64,000 bases of DNA, taken from NCBI RefSeq assembly GCF_009914755.1, contig NC_060936.1; one strand, 5' to 3'. Source of the DNA: the human T2T-CHM13v2.0 reference genome, Homo sapiens. The translations under genes were made by a program, and so were the position numbers. Positions 1 to 14,000 of the stretch are shown in pieces. How positions within the stretch are numbered: the stretch's first letter is position 1; every line of letters starts with the position of its first letter. The notes beneath the pieces are model-generated. The model made no database searches. It saw only the letters and a list, made by a program, of their open reading frames with translations, and had not been told where the DNA came from.

Positions 1-2270
1 GAGTTGAATACACACACCACAAATAAGTTACTGAGAATTCTTCTGTGTAACATTATATGAGGAAATCCCGTTTCCAACGAAGGCCTCAAAGAGTTCCAAA
101 TATCCACTTGCAGACATTACAAAGACAGTGTCTCCAAACTCCTCCATCAAAAGAAAGGTTATACTCTGTGAATTGAACGCACACATCACAAAGCAGTTTC
201 TGAGAATGATTCTGTCTAGTTTTTATACGAAGATATTTCCTTTTCTACATTTGGCCTAAAAGCGCTTGAAATCTGCACCTGCAAATGTCACAAAAAGAGG
301 GTTTCACATCTGCTCTGTCGAAAGGACAGTTCACCTCTGTGAGTTGAATAGAGGCAACACTAAGAAGTTACTGAGTATTCTTCTTTCTAGCGTTATATGA
401 AGAAATCCCGTTTCCAACGAAGGCCTGAAAGAGGTCCAAATATCTGCTTGAACACTTTACAGACAGAGTGTTTCCAAACTACTCTATAAAAAGAAAGCTT
501 AAACTCCGTGAGTTGAACGCACACATCACAATGTAGTTTCTGAGAATGATTCTGTCTTTTTTTTTATACGAAGATATTTCCGTTTCTACGATTGGCCTCA
601 AAGCGATTGAATTCTACAACTGGAAACTGCACAAATAGGGTGTTTCAAATCTGCTCTGTCTAAAGGAAGGTTCAACTCTGTGAGTTGAATACACACACCA
701 CAAATAAGTTACCGAGAATTCTTCTGTCGAACATTACATGAAGAAATCCAGTTTCCAACGAAGGCCTCAAAGAGGTCCAAATATCCACTTGCAGACATTA
801 CAAACAGAGTGTTTCCAACCTGCTGCAACAAAAGAAAGGTTAAACTCTGTGAGCTGAACACACACATCACAAAGAAGTTTCTGTGAATGATTCTGTCTAG
901 ATTATATACAAAGATGTTTCCTTTTCTACCATTGGTCTCAAAGCGATTGAAATCTCCACATGGAAACTCCACAAAAAGAGTGTTTCCAATCTGCTCTTTG
1001 TGAAGGAAGGTTCAACTCTGTGAGTTGAATACACACCCCACAAATAAGTTACTGATAATTCTTCTGTGTAACATTATATGAGGAAATCCCGTTTCCAACG
1101 AAGGCCTCAAAGAGGTCCAAATATCCACTTGCAGACTTTACAAATACAGTTTCTCCAAACTCCTCCATCAAAAGAAAGGTTATACTCTGTGAATTGAACG
1201 CACACATCACAAAGTAGTTTCTGAGAATGAAACTAATTTTTATACGAAGATATTTCCTTTTCTACATTTGGCCTAAAAGCGCTTGAAATCTGCACCTGCG
1301 AATATCACAAAAAGAAGGTTTCACATGTGCTCTGTCTAAAGGACAGTTCACCTCTGTGAGTTGAATAGAGGCAACACAAAGAAGTTACTGAGTATTCTTC
1401 TTTCTAGCGTGATATGAAGAAATCCCGTTTCCAACGAAGGCCTCAAAGAGGTCCAAATATCTGCTTGCAGACTTTACAAACAGAGTGTTTCCAAACTACT
1501 CTATGAAAAGAAAGCTTAAACTTCGTGAGTTGAACGCACACATCACAAAGTGGTTTCTGTGTATGATTCTGTCTTGTATTTATACGAAGATATTTCCGTT
1601 TCTACGATTGGCCTCAAAGCGATTGAAATCTCCAACTGGAAACTGCACAAATAGAGTGTTTCAAATCTGTTCTGTCTAAAGGAAGGTTCAACTCTGTGAG
1701 TTGAATACACGCACCACAAATAAGTTACTGAGAATTCTTCTGTCAAACAGTATATGAAGAAATCCCGTGTCCAACGAAGGCCTCAAAGAGGTCCAAATAT
1801 CCACTTGCAGACTTGAAAAACAGAGTGTTTCCAAACTGCTCCATCAAAGGAAAGGTTAAACTTTGTGAGTTGAACACACACTTCAAAAAGTAGTTTCTGT
1901 GAATGATTCTGCCTAGTTTTTATACGAAGATGTTTCCTTTTCTACCTTTGGTCTCAAAGCGATTGAAATCTTCACATGGAAACTCCAGAAAAAGAGTGTT
2001 TCAAATCTGCTCTTTCTGAAGGAAGATTCAACTCTGAGTTGAATACACACACCACAAATAACTTACTGGGAATTCTTCTGTGTAACATTCTATGAGGAAA
2101 TCCCGTTTCCAATGAAGGCTTCAAAGAGGTCCAAATATGTACTTGCAGACTTTACAAAGACAGTGTTTCCAAACTCCTCTATCAAAAGAAAGATTATACT
2201 CTGTGAATTGAACGCACACATCACAAAGTAGTTTCTGAGAATGATTTTGTCTTGTTTTCATAGGAAGATA
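1..2270 (-). repeat. Diverged ~1021-bp 6-monomer HOR copies (D7Z1/S1C7H1-like)
   Basis: The diagnostic string ttctgtgtaacatt(a/c)tatgaggaaatcccg and its flanks recur in units starting near 1, 1022 and 2036. The string aaggacagttcacctctgtgagttgaatagaggcaac recurs at ~322 and ~1339. The 6-mer size and sequence match my recollection of D7Z1; the chromosome assignment is unverified. Confidence 0.75.
66..82 (-). promoter_or_regulatory. CENP-B box (intact example; recurs about every 340 bp through 1-21 kb, many copies mutated)
   Basis: Minus strand reads CTTCGTTGGAAACGGGA, the canonical 17-mer. The next intact copy is at 406-422. Confidence 0.97.
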
Positions 2271-4099
2271 TTTCCTTTTCTACCATTGGCCTCAAAGCAA
2301 TTGAAATCTCCATCTGGAAACTCCACAAATAGAGTGTTTCAAATCTGCTCTGTCTAAAGGAGGGTACAACTCTGTGAGTTGAATACACACACCCCAAGTA
2401 AGTTACTGAGAATTCTGTCGAACATTACATGAAGAAATCCCGTTTCAAACGAAGGCCTCAAAGAGTTCAAAATATCCACTTGCAGAGAATACAAACAGGG
2501 TGTTTCCAAACCGCTCCATCAAAAGAAAGGTTAAAAACTGTGAGTTGAACACACGTCAGAAAGAAATTTCTGTGAATGATTCTCTCTAGATTTTATACGA
2601 CGTTATTTCCTTTTCTACCATTGGCTTCAAAGCGCTTGAAATCTCCACCTGCAAATTCCATAAAAAGAGTGTTTCACATCTGGTCTGTATAAAGGAAAGT
2701 TCAACTCTCTGAGTTGAATACACACACCACAAATAAGTTACTGAGACTTCTTCTATCTAACATTATATGGAGAAATCCCGTTTCCAACGAAGGCCACAAA
2801 GAGTTCCAAATATCCACTTGCAGACCTTACAACCAGAGTGTTTCCAAACTGCTCGATGAAGAGAAAGGTTAAACTCTGTGAGTTGAACGCACACATCACA
2901 ATGTAGTTTCTCAGAATGATTCTGTCTAGTTTTTATACGACGATGTTTCCTTTGCTACCATTGGCCTCAAAGCGCTTGAAATCTCCACTTGCAAATTCCA
3001 CAAAAAGAGTGTTTCAAATCTGCTCTGTCTAAAGCAAGGATCAACTCTGTACGTTGAATACACGCAACACAAAGAAGTTACTAAGAATTCTTCTGTCTAG
3101 CATTATATGAAGAAATCCCGTTTCCAACGAAGGCCACAAAGAGTTCCAAATTTCCACTTGCAGATATTACAAAGAGAGTGTTTAAAAACTGCTCTATGTA
3201 AAGAAATGTTAAACTCTGTGAGTTGAACGTACACATCACAAACTAGTTTCTGAGAATGATTCTCTCTAGATTTTATACGAAGATACATCCTTTTCTAACC
3301 TTGGCCTCAAAGCGCTTGAAATCTCCACATGCAAATTCCACAAAAAGAGTGTATCAAATGTCCTCTCTCTAAAGGAACGTTGAAGTCTGTGAGTAGAATA
3401 CACGCAACACAAAGAAGTTACTGAGAATTCTTCTGTCTAGCATTATATGAAGAAATCCAGTTTCCAATGGATGCCTCAAAGAGCTCCAAATACCCACTTG
3501 CAGACCTTCAAACAGAGTGTTTCCAACTGCTCTATGAAAAGAAAGGTTAAACTCTGTGAGTGGTATACACACATCACAAAGTAGTTTCTGAGAATGATTC
3601 TGTCTGCATTTTATACGAAGATATTTCCTGTTCTTCATTTGGCCTCAAAGCGCTTGAAATCTCCACCTGCAAATTCCACAGAAAGAGTGTTTCACATCTG
3701 CTCTGTCTAAAGGACTGTTCACCTCTGTGAGTTGAATAGAGGCAACCCAATGAAGTTACTGAGTATTCTTCTTGTAGCGTTTTATGAAGAAGTCCCGTTT
3801 CCAATGAAGGCCTCAAAGAGGTCCAAATATCTACTTGCAGACTTTAGAAACAGAGTGTTTCCAAATTGCTCTATGAAAAGAAAGGTTAAACTCTGTGAGT
3901 TGAACGCACACATCACAAAGTAGTTTCTGAGAACGATTCTGTCTTGTTTTTATACGAAGATATTTCCTATTCTATCATTGGCCTCAAAGCCCTTGAAATC
4001 TCCACCTGCAAATTCCACAAAAAGAGTGTATCAAATCTGCTCTGTCTAAAGGATGGTTCAATTCTGTGAGATGAATACACACAACACAAAGTAGTTACT

Positions 4100-7000
4100 G
4101 AGAATTCTTCTGTCTAGCATTATATGAAGAAATCCCGTTTCCAACGAAGTCCTCCAAGGGGTCCAAATATCCACTTGCAGGCTTTACAAACAGAGTGTTT
4201 CCAAAGTGCTCTATGAAAAGAAAGGTTAAACTCTGTGAGTTGAACGCACACACCACAAAGTAGTTTCTGAGAATGATTCTGTCTAGTTTTTATACGAAGA
4301 TATTTCCTTTTCTACCCTTGGCCTCAAAGTGCTTGAAATCTGCAATTGCAAATTCTACAAAAGGATTGTAACATTGGCCTCAAAGAGCTTGAAATGTCCA
4401 CCTGCAAATTCCACAAAAAGAGTGTTTCAAATCCGCTCTGTCTGATGGAAGGTTCACCTCTGTGAGTTGAATACACGTAACACAAAGAAGTTACTCAGAA
4501 TTCTTCCGTCTTGCATTATATGAAGAAATCCCGTTTCCAATGAAAGCCTCAAAGAATTCCAAATAGCCACTTGCAGATTTTACAAGCATAGTGTTTCCAA
4601 ACTGCTCTATGAAAAGAAAGGTGAAACTCTCTGAGTTGAACGCACACATCACAAAGTGGTTTCTGAGAATGATTCTGTCTAGTTTTTATACGAAGATATT
4701 TCCTTTTCTTCCCTTTTCCTCAAAGTGCATGAAATCTCAACCTGCAATTTCCACAAAAAGAGTGTATCAAATCTGCTCTGTCTAAGGAAGGCTCAACTCT
4801 GTGAGTTGAATACACACAACACAAAGAAGTTACTGAGAATTCTTCTGTCTAACATTACATGAAGAAAGCCCTTTTCCAACGAAGGCCTCCAAGAGGTCTA
4901 AATAAGCACTTGCAGACTTTACAAACAGAGTGTTTCCAAACTGCTTAAGAAAAGAAAGCTTAAACTCTGTGAGTTGAACGTACTCATCACAGTGTAGTTT
5001 CTGAGAATGATTCTGTCTATTTGTTATGCGAAGATATTTCCTTTTCTACCAAAGGGCTCAAAGCGCTTGAAATCTCCACCTACAAATTCCACAAAAAGTG
5101 TCTTTCAAATCAGCTCTTTCTAAACTAAGGTTCATCTCTGTGAGTTGAGTACACGCAACACAAAAAGTTACTGAGAATTCTTCTGTCTAGCATTATATGA
5201 AGAAATCCCGTTTCCAACGAAGGCTTCCAAGAGGTCCAAATATCCACTTGCAGGCTTTAGAAACAGAGTGTTTCCAAACTGCTCTATGAAAAGAAAGGTT
5301 AAACTCTGTGAGTTGAACGCACACACCACAAAGTAGTTTCCGAGAATGATTCTGTCTAGTTTTTATACGAAGATATTTCCTTTTCTACCCTTGGCTTCAA
5401 AGTGCTTGAAAACTCCAATTACAAATTGTACAAAACGATTGTAACATTGGCCTCAAAGAGCTTGAAATCTCCACCTGCAAATTGCACAAAAAGAGTGTTT
5501 CAAATCCGCTCTGTCTAAAGGAAGGTTTACCTCTGTGAGTTGAATACACGCAACACAAAGAAGTTACTCAGAATAATTCCGTCTTGCATTATATGAAGAA
5601 ATCCCGTTTCCAATGAAAGCCTCAAAGAAGTCCAAATAGCCACGTGCAGATATTACAAGCATAGTGTTTCCAAACTGCTCCATGAGCAGAAAGGTGAAAC
5701 TCTCTGAGTTGAATGCACACATCACAAAGTAGTTTCTGAGAATGATTCTGTCTAGTTTTTATACGAAGATATTTCCTTTTCTTCCCTTTTCCTCAAAGCG
5801 CATGAAATCTCCACCTGCAAATTCCACAAAAAGAGTGTGTCAAATCTGCTCTGTCTAAAGGAAGGTTCAACTCTGTGAGTTGAATACACACAACACAAAG
5901 AAGTTACTGAGAATTCTTCTGTCTAACATTACATAAGAAATCCCTTTTTCAACGAGGGCCTCCAAGAGGTCTAAATAAGCACTTGCAGACTTTACAAACA
6001 GAGTGTTTCCAAACTGCTCTATGAAAAGAAAGCTTAAACTCTGTGAGTTGAACGCACTCATCACAATGTAGTTTCTGAGAATGATTCTGTCTAGTTGTTA
6101 TACGAAGATATTTCCTTTTCTACCAAAGGCCTCAAAGCGCCTGAAATCTCCACTACAAATTCCACAAAAAGTGCGGTTCAAATCAGCTCTTTCTAAACTA
6201 AGGTGCACCTCTGTGAGTTGAGTACACGCAACACAAAAAGTTACTGAGAATTCTTCTGTGTAGCTTTATATGAAGAAATCCCATTTCCAATGAAGGCCTC
6301 AAGGCAGTCAAAACATCCGCTTGCAGACTTTACAAACTGAGTGTTTCCAAACTGCTCTATGAAAAGAAAGGTTATACCCTGTGAGGTGAACGTACACATC
6401 ACAAAGTAATTTCTCAGAATGATTCTGTCTTGTTTTTATACGACGATATTTCCTTTTGTACCATGGGCCTCAAAGCGCATGAAATCTCCACCTGCAAACT
6501 CCACAAAAAGAGTGTATCAAATCTGCTTTGTCTAAAGGAAGGTTCAACTCTGTGAGATGAATACACTCAACACAAAAGTAGTAACTGAGAATTCTTCTGT
6601 CTTGCATTATATGAAGAAATGCCGTTTCCAACGAAGGCCTCCAAGAGGTCCAAATATCCACTTGGAGACATTACAAACAGAGTGTTTCCAAACTGCTCTA
6701 TGAAAAGAAAGTTTAAATTCTGTGAGTCGAACACACTCATCACAACGTAGTTTCTGAGAATGATTCAGTCTAGTTGTTATACGAAGATATTTCCTTTTCT
6801 ACCAAAGGCATCAAAGCGCCTGAAATCTCCACCTACAAATTCCACAAAAAGTGTGTTTCAAATCATCTCTTTCTAAACTAAGGTTCATCTCTGTGAGTTG
6901 AGTACACGCAACACAAAAAGTTACTGAGAATTCTTCTGTCTAGCTTTATATGAAGAAATCCCATTTCCAACGAAGGCCTCAAAGCAGTCAAAATATCCGC

Positions 7001-10000
7001 TTGCAGACTTTACAAACCGAGTGTTTATAAACTGCTCTATGAAAAGAAAGGTTATACCCTGTGAGGTGAACGTACACATCACAAAGTAATTTCTCAGAAT
7101 GATTCTGTCTTGTTTTTATACGACGATATTTCCTTTTGTACCATGGACCACAAAGCGCATGAAATCTCCACCACCAAATTCCACAAAAGGAGTGTATCAA
7201 ATCTGCTTTGTGTAAAGGAAGTTTCAATTCTGTGAGAAGAATACACTCAACACAACAGTAGTTACTGAGAATTCTTCTGTCTTGCATTATATGAAGAAAT
7301 CCCATTTCCAACGAAGGCCTCCAAGAGGTCCAAATATACACTTCCATACATTACAAACAGAGTGTTTCCAAACAGCTCTATGAAAAGAAAGGTTAAACTC
7401 TGCGAGTTCAACGCACACATCACAAAGTAGTTTCTGAGAATGATTCTGCCTAGTTTTTTTACGAAGATATTTCCTTTTCTACCCTTGGCCTCAAAGCACT
7501 TGAAAACTCCAACTGCAAATCCTACAAAAAGATTGTAACATTGGCCTCAAAGGGCTTGAAATCTCCACCTGCAAATTCCACAAAAAGAGTGTTTCAAATC
7601 TGCTCTGTCTAAAGGAACGTTCAAGTCTGTGAGTTGAATACACACAACACAAAGAAGTTATTGAGAATTCTTCTGTCTAGCTTTGTATGAAGAAATCCCG
7701 TTTCCAACGAAGGCCTCAAAGAGGTCCAAATATCCACTTGCAGACATTAAAAACAGAGTGTTTCCAAACTGCTCAGTCAAAAGAAAGGCTAAACTCAGTG
7801 AGTTGAATGCACACATCACAAAGTACTTTCTGAGAATGATTCTGTTTAGTGTTTATACGAAGATATTTCCTTTTCTACACTTGGCCTGAAAACGCTTGAA
7901 ATCTCCACCTGCAAATTTCACAAAAAGAGTTTTTCAAATCTGCTCTGTCTAAAGAAAGGTTCAACTCACTGAGTTGAATACACACAACACAAAGAAGTTG
8001 CTGAGAATTCTTCTGTCTGGCATTATATGAAGAAATCCCGTTTCCAACGAAGGCCTGAACGTGGTCCAAATATCCACTTGCAGGCTATACAAACAGAGTG
8101 TTTCCAAACTGCTCTATGAAAAGAAAGGTTAAACTCTGTGAGTGGAACGCACACATCACAAAGTCGTTTCTGAAAATGATTCTGTCTACCTTTTCGACGA
8201 ACATATAACCTTTTCTACCATTGGCCTCAAAGCGCTTGAATTCTCCATCTTCACTTTCCACAAAAAGAGTGTTTGAAATCTGCTCTGGCTAAAGGAAGTT
8301 TCAACTCTGTGAGTTGAATACACACAACACAAAGAAGTTACTGAGAATTCTGCTGTCTAGAATTATATGAAGAAAACCCATTTCCACCGAAGGCCTCAAA
8401 GAGGTACAAATATCCACTTGCAGACTTTACAGAGTGTTTCCAAATTGCTCTATGAAAAGAAATGTTGAACTCTGTGAGTTGAACGAACACATCTCAGAGT
8501 AGTTTCTGAGAATGATTTTGTCTTGTTTTTATACGAAGATATTTCCTTTTCCTTGGCCTCAAAGCCCTTGAAATCCCCACCTGCAAATTCCACTAAAAGA
8601 GTGTATCAAATCTGCTCTGTCTAAAGGAAGGTTCAACTCTGTGAGATGAATACACTCAACACAAAGTAGTTATTGAGAAGTTTTCTGTCTAGCATTATAT
8701 GAAGAAATCCCGTTTCCAATGAAGGCCTCCAAGAGGTCCAAATATCCACTTGCAGGCTTTACAAACAGAGTGTTTCCAAACTGCTCTATGAAAAGAAAGG
8801 TTAAACTCTGTGAGTTCAACACACACATCACAAAGTAGTTTCTGAGAATGATACTGCCTAGTTTTTATACGAAGATATTTCCTTTTCTACCCTTGGCCTC
8901 CAATCGCTTGAAAACTCCAACTGAAATCCTACAAAAAGATTGTAACATTGGCCTCAAAGGGCTTGAAATCTCCACCTGCAAATTCCACAAAATGAGTGTT
9001 TCAAATCTGCTTCGTCTAAAGGAAAGTTCAAGTCTGTGAGTTGAATATACACAACACAAAGAAGTTACTGAGAATTCTTCTGTCTAGCATTGTATGAAGA
9101 AATCCCGTTTCCAACGAAGGCCTCAAAGAGGTCCAAATATCCACTTGCAGACATTAAAAACAGAGTGTTTCCAAACTGCTCAATCAAAAGAAAGGCTAAA
9201 CTCTGTGAGTTGAATGCACACATCACAAAGTACTTTCTGAGAATGATTCTGTTTAGTGTTTATACAAAGATATTTCCTTTTCTACACTTGGCCTCAAAAC
9301 GCGTGAAATCTCCACCTGCAAATTTCACAAAAAGAGTGTTTCAAATCTGCTCTGTCTAAAGAAAGGTTCAACTCAGTGAGTTGAATACACACAACACAAA
9401 GAAGTTACTGAGAATTCTTCTGTCTGGCATTATATGAAGAAATCTCGTTTCCAACGAAGGCCTGAAAGTCGTCCAAATATCCACTTGCAGGCTTTACAAA
9501 CAGAGTGTTTCCAAACTGCTCTATGAAAAGAAAGGTTAAACTCTGTGAGTGGAACGCACATATCACAAAGTAGTTTCTGAAAATGATTCTGTCTACCTTT
9601 TCGACGAAGATATATCCTTTTCTACCATTGGCCTCAAAGCGCTTGAATTCTCCATCTTCACATTCCACAAAAAGAGTGTTTGAAATCTGCTCTGTCTGAA
9701 GGAAGTCTCAACTCTGTGAGTTGAATACACACAACACAAAGAAGTTACTGAGAATTCTGCTGTCTAGAATTATATGAAGAAATCCCGTTTCCACCGAAGT
9801 CCTCAAAGAGGTCCAAACATCCACTTGCAGACTTTACAGAGTGTTTCCAAATTGCTCTATGAAAAGAAATGTTGAACTCTGTCAGTTGAACGAACACATC
9901 TCAAAGTAGTTTCTGAGAATGATTCTGTCTTGCTTTTATGGAAGATATTTCCTTTTCCTTGGCTTCAAAGCCCTTAAAATCTCCACCTGCAAATTCCACA

Positions 10001-13000
10001 AAAAGAGTGTGTGAAATCTGCTCTGTCTAAAGGATGGTTCAACACTGTGAGAAGAATACACACAACCCAAAGTAGTTACTGAGAATTCTTCTGTCTAGCA
10101 TTATATGAAGAAATCCCGTTTCCAATGAAGGCCTCCAAGAGGTCCACATATCCACTTACAGGCTTTAGAAACAGAATGTTTCCAAACTGCTCTATGAAAA
10201 GAAAGGTTAAACTCTGTGAGTTGAACGCACACACCACAAAGTAGTTTCCGAGAATGATTCTATCTAGTTTTTATACGAAGATACTTCCTTTTCTACCCTG
10301 GGCCTCAAAGCGCTTGAAAACTCCAATTGCAAATTCTACAAAACGATTGTAACATTGGCCTCAAAGAGCTTGAAATCTCCACCTGCAAATTCCACAAAAA
10401 GAGTGTTTCAAATCCGCTCTGTCTAAAGGAAGGTTCACCTCTGTGAGTTGAATACACGCAACACAAAGAAGTTACTCAGAATTCTTCCATCTTGCATTAT
10501 ATGAAGAAATCCCGTTTCCAATGAAAGCTTCAAAGAAGTCCAAATAGCCACTTTCAGATTTTACAAGCATAGTGTTTCCAAACTGCTCTATGAAAAGAAA
10601 GTTGAAACTGTCTGAGTTGAACGCACACATCACAAAGTAGTTTCTGAGAATGATTCTCTCTACCTTTTCGACGAAGATATATCCTGTTCTACCATTGGCT
10701 TCAAAGCGCTTGAATTCTCCATCTTCACATTCCACAAAATGAGTGTTTCAAATCCGCTCTGTCTAAAGGAACTTTCAAGTCTGTGAGTTGAATACGCACA
10801 ACACAAAGAAGTTATTGAGAATTCTTCTGTCTAGCTTTGTATGAAGAAATCTCGTTTCCAACGAAGGCCTCAAAGAGGTCCAAATATCCACTTGCAGACT
10901 TTACAGAGTGTTTCGAAATTGCTCTATGAAAAGAAATGTTGAACTCTGTGAGTTGAACGAACACATCTCAAAGTAGTTTCTGAGAATGATTCTGTCTTGT
11001 TTTTATACGAAGATATTTCCTTTTCTACCAAAGGCCTCAAAGCGCCTGAAATCTCCACCTACAAATTCCACAAAAAGTGTGTTTCAATTCAGCTCTTTCT
11101 AAACTAAGGTTCATCTCTGTGAGTTGAGTACACGCAACACAAAAAGTTACTGAGAATTCTTCTGTCTAGCTTTATATGAAGAAATCCCATTTCCAACGAA
11201 GGCCTCAGAGGGGTCAAAATATCCACTTGCAGACATTACAAACCGAGTGTTTCCAAACTGCTCTATGAAAAGAAAGGTTATACCCTGTGAGGTGAACGTA
11301 CACATCACAACGTAATTTCTCAGAATGATTCTGTCTTGTTTTTGTACGATGATATTTCCTTTTGTACCATGGGCCTCAAAGCGCATGAAATCTCCACCTG
11401 CAAATTCCACAAAAAGAGTGTATCAAATCTGCTTTGTCTAAAGGAAGGTTCAACTCTGTGAGATGAATACACTCAACACAAAGTAGTTCCTGAGAATTCT
11501 TCTGTCTTGCATTATATGAAGAAATCCCATTTCCAACGAAGGCCCCCAAGAGGTCTGAATATCCTCTTGCAGACATTACAATCAGAGTGTTTCCAAACTG
11601 CTCTATGAAAAGAAAGGTTAAACTCTGTGAGTTGAACGCACACATCACAATGTAGTTTCTGAGAATGATTCTGTCTAGTTTTTATACGAAGGTATTTCCT
11701 TTTCTACCCTTGGCCTCAAAGCGCTTGAAAACTCCAATTGCAAATTCTACAAAAGGATTGTAACATTGGCCTCAAAGAGCTTGAAATCTCCAACTGCAAA
11801 TTCCACAAAAAGAGTGTTTCAAATCCGCTCTGTCTAAAGGAAGGTTCACTTCTGTAAGTTGAATATATGCAACACAAAGAAGTTACTCAGAATTCTTCCG
11901 TCTTGCATTATATGAAGAAATCCCGTTTCCAATGAAAGCCTCAAAGAAGTCCAAATAGCCACTTGCGGATTTTACAAGCATAGTGTTTCCAAACTGCTCT
12001 ATGAAAAGAAAGGTGAAACTCTCTGAGTTGAACGCACACATCACAAAGTAGTTTCTGAGAATGATTCTGGCTAGTTTTTATACGAAGATATTTCCTTTTC
12101 TTCCCTTTTCCTCAAAGCGCATGAAATCTAAACCTGCAAATTCCACAAAAAGAGTGTATCAAATCTGCTCTGTCTAAAGGAAGGTTCAACTCTGTGAGTT
12201 GAATACACACAACACAAAGAAGTTACTGAGAATTCTTCTGTCCAACATTACATGAAGAAATCCCTTTTCCAAAGAGGGCCTCCAAGAGGTCTAAATAAGC
12301 ACTTGCAGACTTTACCAACAGAGTGTTTCCAAACTGCTCTATGAAAAGAAACCTTAAACTCTGTGAGTGGAACGCACTCATCACAATGTAGTTTCTGAGA
12401 ATGATTCTGTCTAGTTCTTATACGAAGATATTTCCTTTTCTACCAAAGGCCTCAAAGCGCCTGAAATCTCCACCTACAAATTCCACAAAAAGTGTGCTTC
12501 ATATCAGCTCTTTCTAAACTAATGTTCATCTCTGTGAGTTGAGTACATGCAACACAAAAAGTTGCTGAGAATTCTTCTGTCTAGCTTTATATGAAGAAAT
12601 CCCATTTCCAACAAAGGCCTCAGAGCGGTCAAAATATCCACTTGCAGACTTTACAAACCGAGTGTTTCCAAACTGCTCTATGAAAAGAAAGGTTATACCC
12701 TGTGAGGTGAACGTACACATCACAAAGTAATTTCTCAGAATGATTCAGTCTTGTTTTTATACGACTACATTTCCTTTTGTACCATGGGCCTCAAAGGGCA
12801 TGAAATCTCCACCTGCAAATTCCACAAAAAGAGTGTATCAAATCTGCTTTGACTAAAGGAAGGTTCAACTCTGTGAGATGAATACACTCAACACTAAGTA
12901 GTTACTGAGAATTCTTCTGTCTTGCATTATATGAAGAAATCCCGTTTCCAACGAAGGCCTCCAAGAGGTCCAAATATCCACATGCAGACATTACAAACAG

Positions 13001-14000
13001 AGTGTTTCCAAACTGCTCTATGAAAAGAAATGTTAAACTCTGTGAGTTCAACGCACCCATCACAAAGTAGTTTCTGAGAATGATTCTGCCTAGTTTTTAT
13101 ACGAAGATATTTCCTTTTCTACTCTTGGCCTCAAAGTGCTTGAAATCTCCACCTGCAAATTTCACAAAAAGAGTGTTTCAAATCTGCTCTGTCTAAAGGA
13201 AGGTTCAACTCACTGAGTTGAATACACACAACACAAAGAAGTTACTGAGAATTCTTCTGTCTGGCATTATATGAAGAAATCCCGTTTCCAACGAAGGCCT
13301 GAAAGTGGTCCAAATATCCACTTGCAGGCTTTACAAACAGAGTGTTTCCAAACTGCTCTATGAAAAGAAAGGTTAAACTCTGTGAGTTGAACTCACACAT
13401 CACAAAGTAGTTTCTGAAAATGATTCTGTCTACCTTTTCGACGAAGATATATCCTTTTCAACCATTGGCCTCAAAGCGTTTGAATTCTCCACCTTTACAT
13501 TCCACAAAAAGAGTGTTTGAAATCTGCTCTGTCTAAAGGAAGTTTCAACTCTGTGAGTTGAATACACACAACACAAAGAAGTTACTGAAAATTCTGCTGT
13601 CTAGAATTATATGAAGAAATCCCGTTTCCAACGAAGGCCTCAAAGAGGTCCAAATATCCACTTGCAGACTTTACAGAGTGTTTCCAAGTTGCTCTATGAA
13701 AAGAAATGTTGAACTCTGTCAGTTGAACGAACACATCTCAAAGTAGTTTCTGAGAATGATTCTGTCTAGTTTTTATACGAAGATATTTCCTTTTCCATGG
13801 CCTCAAAGCCCTTGAAATCTCCACCTGCAAGTTCCACAAAAAGAGTGTATCAAATCTGCTCTGTCTAAAGGAAGGTTCAACTCTGTGAGATGAATACGCA
13901 CAACACAAAGTAGTTACTGAGAATTCTTCTGTCTAGCATTATATGAAGAAATCCCGTTTCCAACGAAGGCCTCCAAGAGGTCCAAATATCCACTTGCAGG
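4100..14000 (-). repeat. Mosaic divergent HOR within the SF1 layer, with units of about 678, 1073 and 1407-1411 bp
   Basis: Marker gattgtaacattgg occurs at 4364, 5437, 7531, 8938, 10345 and 11756. Marker taccaaagg occurs at ~5047, 6121, 6800, 11026 and 12441. Paired artefact ORFs at 7683 and 9090 are offset by 1407. Confidence 0.85.
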
